A DNA stretch of 6,084 bases from Andalucia godoyi And28 (Eukaryota; Protista; Jakobida). Location: positions 243,328 through 249,411 of the forward strand of contig VRVR01000044.1 in NCBI GenBank assembly GCA_009859145.1, read 5' to 3'. Below, one piece after another: positions 1 through 6,084 of this stretch. Both the position numbers and the translations under genes were made by a program. A model generated the notes under the pieces. It searched no databases, had not been told where the DNA came from, and saw only the letters and a list, made by a program, of their open reading frames with translations. Numbering within the stretch: the first letter of the stretch is position 1; every line of letters starts with the position of its first letter.

Positions 1-1
1 G

Positions 2-244
2 GGTGATGAGGCGGGTGCTGCGGCATCTGCACGGCCAGCGTCGCGCAACTCGGATGCAGGCACCCGCACAAGGACGCCGACGCGCACAGAGACTGGTGAT
101 GAGGCAGGTGCTGCGGCATCTGCACGGCCAGCGTCGCGCAACTCGGATGCAGGCACCCGCACAAGGACGCCGACGCGCACAGAGACTGGTGATGAGGCGG
201 GTGCTGCGGCATCTGCACGGCCAGCGTCGCGCAACTCGGATGCA
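2..244 (+). repeat. 93-bp near-perfect tandem repeat, about 2.6 copies, encoding a 31-aa unit (GDEAGAAASARPASRNSDAGTRTRTPTRTET)
   Basis: Units start GGTGATGAG at 2, 95 and 188, and the third copy ends at 244. The only difference seen is G/A/G at 13/106/199, which is synonymous (GCG/GCA) in the frame starting at 2. The array may extend beyond the window edge. Confidence 0.95.
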
Positions 245-1924
245 ATGGTGGAATCGTCGTCTACGGTGGATATTGATTTTGCTCAGACTCCTGCTGCTCG
301 TCGTGCATCCGAATCTGCATCACCCCCAAGTATGTTTCTCTTCTTCAAAAATTCTTTTTATATATCCAAAGCTCTTGGACAACAAGAAGGTTTGACTGCG
401 AGTGTCGTTCAAACTGATACTGTTTTCCTAGATTAACACGATCACCGTAAGTCGTTCAAACTGCAATGAGTTTGAACGTCAGATACTGATCGAACATTAT
501 TTGGTATTACTCCGGAGTTTTCGGAATTGTGTCTCATATGTATTTTTTGTTGTTAGGTATTCGCAAAGTAGGGCGGGGCTTTAGCAAGCTGTCAAAATCG
601 CAAAAAGAAGTGTTGCTCAGAATCCGGGAAGCCGTTCGAGCGGATGCGAACATCAGTTCTGGTGAACTTGTTTCTGCTGCGTTCTCTGAGATGTGGCAAA
701 ACTGTACTTCCGAGGTGCGCTTGTTTCTGCAATCTTTCGTCGACATGGAAGAAAACGGTCGGATCCTTTATTTTGAAGCAATTATGTCTTCTCTAATCGA
801 ACAATCTATTTGTCCGTCGCTTCCTGATCGACATCTGTGTTTCCCTGAGACTATACTGTCGTATTTGAGGGAGGTTTTGGAACGGCAGATTCGGGTTATC
901 AATAATGAACGTTCTCTGGCTCATCTTTGTGTTGCGGTGTTGGGACCGCGACGATCTGGCAAAACAACTCTTGTGTACCTTCTCTGTCGACGTATGTCCA
1001 TTCAAATACCTTGTGTTTTTTCCTTTTTTATTTTATTTTATAGTTTAGTTTTTAATTTTTGCTTTTGGCTGTTCGTTGCTTACCTTAAATTGTTTTCTCA
1101 TCGAAGTCGCTGCTCGTCTGTTTCTGAATAACGGACAGTGGAAAAAGGTGTTCGTGTTTTCCGTGAATTGGAGCCATCTGTTGCAGATGGATAAGTCCAT
1201 GGAAGCGTTCTATTACCGATTTGTAGACACACTCTTCGCATCACTCTGCAAACAAAAGGCCTCCCTTGTGCCGTACAAGAGTGGACTGATTCTGTTTTTC
1301 AGAAAAATCATTTCTCAGAAATCCATTGCATCCCTCCCCCAAGAGTTCGTCCGTCGTCATTGTTCTGCAGCGGCTGTTTTTCGCTCATACTCGCAAAGGA
1401 TGCTGGTCTGCTGGCATGAAACGTCTAATCTTGATGAGTTCTTACGGTTGACGTTCGGCCTTCCCCGCTACGTCTCTGAAGCATTCTGTTTTCACGATGT
1501 TCTGTTCATTGCAGATCATTTCGATGCTGCTAATGTGACACTGTGTCGTGATGGAGGGTCACTTGGTGAAAATTCCTTGCGGCCTGTTTCTTCTTTTGCC
1601 GCCCAGGGTATGGCGAATTCGATGCTTATCGTCAGCTGCGTGGATCCGCAATCAATGATGAACTGTTTTTCTCAGGATCCTGAAACCGAAGTGTTGCTGG
1701 ATTCTATCGAAGCAATCGATACAACGCATCTTGTGGCCGACGATACTATTCGGAGCCTCTATCCGGAATTGCCAGCGGACATCCAAGTGTCTTCGGCTCC
1801 GGTGGACGACGCCTCCCCACACGCTGACGGTTTGTCTTCTTTCCTGGGATGTCCTGCTTATCTTGCCAGATTGCTTCGCGCGTACCGTCTAGACCCTGCA
1901 TCATCAACATCCTCTTATTTATAG
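2..1924 (+). CDS. 5'-partial spliced gene: repeat/disordered region + EF-hand-like pair + STAND-like P-loop NTPase (at least 539 aa)
   Basis: Proposed exons 2-329, 372-389, 483-503, 557-991 and 1107-1924 sum to 1620 nt, giving one open frame that ends in TAG, with all introns in phase 1. Motifs: Walker A GPRRSGKT (943-966), Walker B-like VLFIADHFD (1499-1525), GxP motif GCPAYL (1847-1864) and EF-loop-like DMEENGRILYFE (742-777). The last two exons are more secure than the small upstream exons. Confidence 0.75.
330..371 (+). other. spliceosomal intron (42 nt, GTATGT...AAAG)
   Basis: Consensus-like GTATGT donor and a very AT/pyrimidine-rich interior between GC-richer coding sequence. The acceptor is AAG. 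Removal preserves the frame. Confidence 0.7.
390..482 (+). other. spliceosomal intron (93 nt, GTTTGA...TCAG) containing an internal acceptor at 431 and an internal donor at 447
   Basis: Splicing 389 to 483 removes the in-frame TAA at 434-436 and keeps phase 1 into the NTPase exons. Internal ACTGAT...TTTTCCTAG and GTAAGT sites also exist. Confidence 0.55.
504..556 (+). other. spliceosomal intron (53 nt, GTATTA...TTAG)
   Basis: T-rich tract TATTTTTTGTTGTTAG and a CTCAT branch-like motif at about 533. The phase-1 join gives ...RTLF-GIRKVGRG. Confidence 0.7.
992..1106 (+). other. spliceosomal intron (115 nt, GTATGT...GAAG)
   Basis: GTATGT donor and an extremely T-rich interior. This join links ORF 529-1131 (Walker A) in frame to ORF 1076-1924 (Walker B), whereas the nearer TAG acceptors at 1043 and 1048 lead to stops. 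Confidence 0.85.
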
Positions 1925-2144
1925 AAAATCGGATATGGCAGCCCACAAAAACTCGCGCGCACACGCAATGAAAGCCATAATGATTTACCGACAGCATAAA
2001 GAGAAGTTGCGATCCGCTTCGGTCGAAGCAACGTAACCGATCCGAGGTGTTGGGAAGTATCCATGGAATGATCGGATATTCAGTAATTAATTATTTGACG
2101 AGCTTTGCTTTTGATTTTGCTCGTTATTTCTCGGTGATTTCTCA

Positions 2145-3102
2145 ATGGATACGTATCTGATTCCATTCAAGCTGCATGATTACGTAGGAAAAAGCTGTAA
2201 ACGATGTAGTAATCAAGTAAAACGTTTGCCATCCAGGCGCTGCAATGGACGGTGCAGGAGCATTTTCGCTGCCCGCAGAGAATGGCGGACCGAAATGGGT
2301 CGTCGTCTTCCTTCAGGCGAAGAACACGAAGAAAGCGCAGCAGAATCAGATGGCAACGCCCTACAGATCAGCAGTCGCCAGCATTTACATCGCTCAACAG
2401 CATCAGGAAGATGAAGGAGAAGACGCCGAAGACTGGAAAGGAAGAATCCGATTTCCGATTCGCATTTTCCTATAATCGCAGCGCGGCAGAGCAGTTGCAG
2501 AAGAAACGCAACAGAATGTGGCCCGATGTGCTTCGTGCCGATTTGCAGTTCTAACAATGCAAGATATTGTTCCAGACCTGCTGCAGCCCACTTCTTGTGC
2601 ATCTTACCGAAGTTTGCACAAGAAATGTGATCGTACTGGTCCACCTTGTCAAAGATGTTCCCGCGGATCTCGAGAGTGTGTTTACACTGGAAGAACTCCT
2701 GGCCGACCACCGAAAAGCGGACGGACCATTTGTCATCAGGAACATACCAAAAAAAAGCGCAGGCAGACGATACTGTTGACATACACGGTCGCAAAGTTTA
2801 TTGGAATAAGCAGCCGATAAAGTCTTTGAATGCTGTGGACATGTCAGTTCGGAATCCAGAACCTGCGACGATGAGCATGGTCATGGACCGAGCAGTTTTC
2901 TTGCAGTCGTGACGGCGGACAAACGACACCACCGAAATCACGTGGCATGCCGCCTCACCAGTTGAGTGCAGACCGTGTGCTCTCTGTTTTTGGAACAGCT
3001 GCAAACGAAACTGCACAGTCCACTGTCTTGTCGAATTCTTCTGTGCTTCCGAGAGATGCTGTGCTGCCATTTGCGGAAATGTCGCCTTTGTTTCCACAAT
3101 AA
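2145..3102 (+). pseudogene. interrupted Zn(II)2Cys6 transcription-factor-like gene (probable pseudogene, or an unusual processing case)
   Basis: Protein-like segments alternate between frames: 2145-2411, about 2405-2755 (with TAA at 2473), about 2749-2909 and about 2896-3102. No canonical intron set was found that joins them. The boundaries are approximate, and only the zinc cluster is firmly recognised. Confidence 0.5.
2596..2685 (+). other. GAL4-like Zn(II)2Cys6 binuclear cluster motif with Cys2 replaced by Tyr
   Basis: CASYRSLHKKCDRTGPPCQRCSRGSRECVY fits the spacing C-x2-[Y]-x6-C-x6-C-x2-C-x6-C, with the usual K before Cys3, D after Cys3, P before Cys4 and terminal CxY. It is followed by the basic segment PGRPPKSGR. 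Confidence 0.9.
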
Positions 3103-3560
3103 CGCCTGCTTTGTAGAGGCAGTTTTCCACCAAAAATTCGAATCTATAGTAGTTCTAATTGTGTTTACCCAGGAACCGATTCATCGGCTGCTCCGGTTGA
3201 TGGTTATTAGGTTCGTTTGTAAAAAAAACACAGACCCCCGGCTTCAGCAACCACGAATAATTTACACTTAACATACCGTGGTTGATTTCATTCATCTTTT
3301 TATGTTTCTGATTTTGCAGTCGAATAATGTGAAAATTCTGTGATCAGTACGGACACATGACTCGAGCAATGGATGAATGAATGAATTTTAAAGAAATAAA
3401 AGAAGGAAAGGAAAACTGAAAAAGGAGGACGTGAAATGTTTTACCCGAAGAGGCACAATTCCCACCAAACATCCGCATGCGCAGAGGCATTTCTTTTTAA
3501 CTTTGGCTCATCTCCGTCAAGTTTAAACTATTCTTTGTATTTCTGATTCCTTTATTTACA

Positions 3561-5243
3561 ATGGCACCGCCTTCGAAAAGTCGCTACCCTCGAGCGACTG
3601 ACTTTCCTCTTGAAATCGGTCTTTCCGAGTATGTCTTCAATCTCAGCAGTGGCGAGGAGTATCTGGAGCGGATATGTGACGAAGCGTTTTCTGCAGTTGG
3701 AAAGCACGGTTCCGTGGCTGCGGCATTGGATGCGATCAAAGAAGCGGGCAAGGATCCACAGACAGCAATCATGAATTCCGTCACGCGACACATTCTGGAG
3801 AACATCCCATCCATTGCTGAGGGTCCTGGAGACGCATACATTCACCTGTCTGATGAGAAGGGAGGCGCTCTTTTGACAGCACTGCTGAAAGGGTATGAAG
3901 ATGCCAAGCACGACGATCTCGACTTTGACTATGAACGGGAGGAGCATCAAGATGGCAGGGTGCCAGTACCAACCGTTCTCGATGCGCCCGAAGGTGTAGC
4001 CCATGTGGCCCGTGCCCTCAGCATTGCTGAGCTGGATTCCATGAATGTGGCCGTGAACCGTTACAGAGATGCACAGCCGGCAGCGGACTACCATCCCGGA
4101 TCAAACCAGCGTGTTCGCGACATTTTGCATCCCTCTATGCATCCCTACATTGCACCAGCCAACACGGACGAGGAGAAAGCGACGATTGACACGGATTTGA
4201 ACAAGGATGCTTGCCGCACATCATTGGCAAGTCTGAGTACCGTCAAGTCAGGGTTCGTCCCAAACATTCAGTTTGATGCAGACAAGCAGAGATACGCCGA
4301 GCGCCTCCTCCGCATACGTAATGAATACTCGCCCATGCAAGACGAGTTTGCACGCACTTGGAGAGGTTCTCGGTATCAATGGATGCCAACAGATGTATCC
4401 ATTAGCAAGGCAGGAATGGCGCGATTTGCAGGACCATTGAATGCGCTTGATGCCGAGATCGACCAAGACGTTATCCAGCACTTTGAAACCATTCTGTCAA
4501 AAATGGTTCCGATGTGGGAGTACGTCCTTGGATACACGGCGGCTGCGCGGTGGGACCATTTCATGAACATCCAAGAAGAGGACGTAGATGATCTTGAAGT
4601 TAAACCAGCGAGTCTTCGCGGACGCACCATCCAGGTCATCCCAAAGATTGCCGACATCGAGATCAAGCCAGGCGGTGGTCCAGAGTTCCATGAAGGTGTG
4701 TGGCACGTCGAAGGCCTTTCTCATGAGCACATTGTGTCCACTGGCATCGCCTACCTCCAGATCGAGGACGGCATCCTCGGCGGCCGCCTGCGCTTCCGCA
4801 GACCATTTCTTCCTGACGAGGCGGCAGAATTGAAGTACAACATCTCGCAGGAGTTCGGCAAGCTTTCACCTGGGATTGTCGCAGGCATCCTGCGTCTTGG
4901 CTCCGTAGAGCCGGCTCCAGGCGACATTGTGGTCTTTCCGAATAGCCATCAGCACAAACTGGAACGCATCACGGCTCGCCGACCATTGTCATCACTTCCT
5001 TCTCGATCTCGATCACGCGAGTCCGCACCTGCGAATCACTTGGTTCGTCGAATTGTGTGTTTCTTCCTGGTGAATCCAGAAGAGCGCATCGTCTCCACAT
5101 CTGACGTCGAAGTTCTTCCGAGTCACGTTCTTGACTATGAGACCGCATGCCGCGTTCGAGAAGCAATGATGAAGGAGCGTGCCTTGCTTAAGAAGGATCT
5201 CAATCGGGATTTCTACCACAACTATAACTTTTGTGAACATTAG
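3561..5243 (+). CDS. DUF4246-family protein, predicted 2OG-Fe(II) dioxygenase-like fold (560 aa, intronless)
   Basis: Clean ATG-to-TAG ORF with family motifs recalled for DUF4246: DYHPGS..VRDILHPS, RYQWMP, IQVIPKIADIEI, WHVEG..HEHIVSTGI, VFPNSHQH, RRIVCFFLVNP..RIVST and MMKER. The assignment is from memory of the family, not from an HMM run. Confidence 0.85.
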   Translation: MAPPSKSRYPRATDFPLEIGLSEYVFNLSSGEEYLERICDEAFSAVGKHGSVAAALDAIKEAGKDPQTAIMNSVTRHILENIPSIAEGPGDAYIHLSDEKGGALLTALLKGYEDAKHDDLDFDYEREEHQDGRVPVPTVLDAPEGVAHVARALSIAELDSMNVAVNRYRDAQPAADYHPGSNQRVRDILHPSMHPYIAPANTDEEKATIDTDLNKDACRTSLASLSTVKSGFVPNIQFDADKQRYAERLLRIRNEYSPMQDEFARTWRGSRYQWMPTDVSISKAGMARFAGPLNALDAEIDQDVIQHFETILSKMVPMWEYVLGYTAAARWDHFMNIQEEDVDDLEVKPASLRGRTIQVIPKIADIEIKPGGGPEFHEGVWHVEGLSHEHIVSTGIAYLQIEDGILGGRLRFRRPFLPDEAAELKYNISQEFGKLSPGIVAGILRLGSVEPAPGDIVVFPNSHQHKLERITARRPLSSLPSRSRSRESAPANHLVRRIVCFFLVNPEERIVSTSDVEVLPSHVLDYETACRVREAMMKERALLKKDLNRDFYHNYNFCEH

Positions 5244-5269
5244 TTCTCGCTTGTGTATTCCGCTCATTT

Positions 5270-5293
5270 CATAAACTGACATAAATCATAAAT
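5270..5293 (+). other. three CATAAA copies, candidate polyadenylation-signal cluster of the DUF4246 gene
   Basis: CATAAA at 5270, 5280 and 5288, starting 27 nt after the stop codon. The function is inferred from position only. Confidence 0.3.
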
Positions 5294-5761
5294 ACAGGAA
5301 GGTGTGCCAGACAACTTTTTCTGAGATAATGCTGGGGACTGGTAGAGTCGGGGACGGTGATCATGATGACACCCGAAAATCGCCTGGGGACGACGCCGTT
5401 CAGGAGTTATGCGTAAAACATTAATTACCTATTCCCGACTACAGTCGTTTATTTCGCGGGAAGAATCCAGTGTTGGCCGATATACGCTCTAATCAGCGAG
5501 CGACGCGAAGCTTTTTCCCCCCGACCTCACGTAAGGACCCCCAATTCCGTGCGGTGTGCGTCCGTCCACCCAAATTAACAAATTTAACAGAAAAGCGTGT
5601 TGCTTTGTTCTTTTTTTTGTACGCATTTTAAAAACATACACAGTTTTACTTTCTTTGCAACTTCTAATCCCTTTCCACAATCAAGCCTGTGCGCCTTCTC
5701 CAGATTGTTTCAAAGAGAGACAGAAAACCGCAATCCGAGGGGTGCAGGGGGTCTCCCCTGA

Positions 5762-6084
5762 ACGAAAAGCACAAATAAAGAAGAACAGTGTTCTTCAGCC
5801 ATCATCATAAACAGAAATTGTCAGCATTCATTGCTCACATCAGTACAAAAAGAAAATGTTGCAGATTTGCCCATAATGACAGTCTGCAAGCTGTACAGAA
5901 GCTCCTCCTCTTCTTTTTTAGCTGACTTCACAGTCCGAAGATCGTGTGTGTTGCAGGCACTACAACTTTTGGTTTCTCCACATGTCTCCATCCCCAATGC
6001 CCCGGATGGCGTCCCACAGGAAGATGGGCAGAACAGAAATCCGGCCTGTGCAGACGTCGTGATCGACCACACTCTGTTAAGTCT
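5762..6084. other. possible partial coding region at the window edge, strand unresolved
   Basis: One + frame is stop-free from 5762 to 6084, and one - frame is stop-free from 6084 down to the stop at 5821-5823. No domain was recognised in either. Confidence 0.25.

Noticed and set aside
2-244. Repeat array as a CRISPR locus
   Set aside because: The units are contiguous 93-nt copies with no unique spacers, they keep an open frame, and the context is eukaryotic.
3-395. 130-aa Arg/Leu-rich ORF as the real product
   Set aside because: The composition looks off-frame (WWNRRLRWILILL), and the repeat variant is non-synonymous in this frame. Splicing through the small exons (LLDNKK-INTIT-ILIEHYL) then hits TAG at 569-571 using the strong 556 acceptor. 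It would only work with a weaker acceptor at 588, so it is not fully excluded.
245-436. Stand-alone 63-aa gene
   Set aside because: It is the same frame as the repeat region, open from position 2, and it reads through intron sequence.
434-436. TAA/TAG reassigned to Gln to explain the in-frame TAA at 434 and 2473
   Set aside because: The 560-aa ORF and the long NTPase exons contain no internal TAA or TAG and end in TAG, which fits the standard code.
2374-2481. Intron removing the TAA at 2473
   Set aside because: The 3' end looks acceptor-like (TTTTCCTATAATCGCAG), but the only in-phase donor is a weak GTCGCC, and the interior is purine-rich and coding-like, unlike the other introns.
2913-3271. 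Cys-rich frame 2913-3116 and ORF 2966-3271 as zinc-binding proteins
   Set aside because: No recognisable Cys spacing pattern. These are probably alternative-frame readings of TG-rich sequence.
3422-3438. Shine-Dalgarno-like AAGGAGG 7 nt before an ATG at 3436
   Set aside because: It lies in a purine-rich tract and leads only to a 36-codon ORF out of frame with the DUF4246 gene, and the context is eukaryotic.
3552-5282. Minus-strand ORFs overlapping the DUF4246 gene (3552-4094, 4376-4666, 5013-5282 and others)
   Set aside because: These are shadow ORFs of a well-supported + strand gene and show no motifs.
5334-5391. Three GGGGAC copies as a G-quadruplex or regulatory repeat
   Set aside because: There are only three G4 tracts with long spacing, too few for a confident call. 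Two of the copies are Gly-Asp codons in the short ORF at 5329.
5489-5810. ORFs 5489-5680 (-) and 5556-5810 (+) as genes
   Set aside because: They have non-ATG starts, run through homopolymer T/A tracts typical of non-coding sequence, and contain no motifs.

Overview
This is eukaryotic genomic DNA with short AT-rich GT-AG introns. The host looks like a protist or a basal fungus, but this cannot be determined from the window. There are three main blocks, all on the + strand. (1) At <2-1924, a 5'-partial spliced gene encodes a disordered 31-aa repeat region, a degenerate EF-hand-like pair and a P-loop NTPase with STAND-like motifs. Its second intron hides a stop-containing 15-nt microexon flanked by competing RNA stems. 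(2) At about 2145-3102 lies a broken transcription-factor-like gene with an unmistakable GAL4-type Zn(II)2Cys6 cluster. Its second Cys is Tyr, but an intact CASCR copy 69 nt upstream would restore the full cluster if the intervening segment were removed. (3) At 3561-5243, an intronless DUF4246-family gene carries 2OG-Fe(II) dioxygenase-like metal ligands. The last ~800 nt are unresolved: there are intron-like signals and open frames running off the window edge. All assignments come from manual motif reading; no database searches were run.
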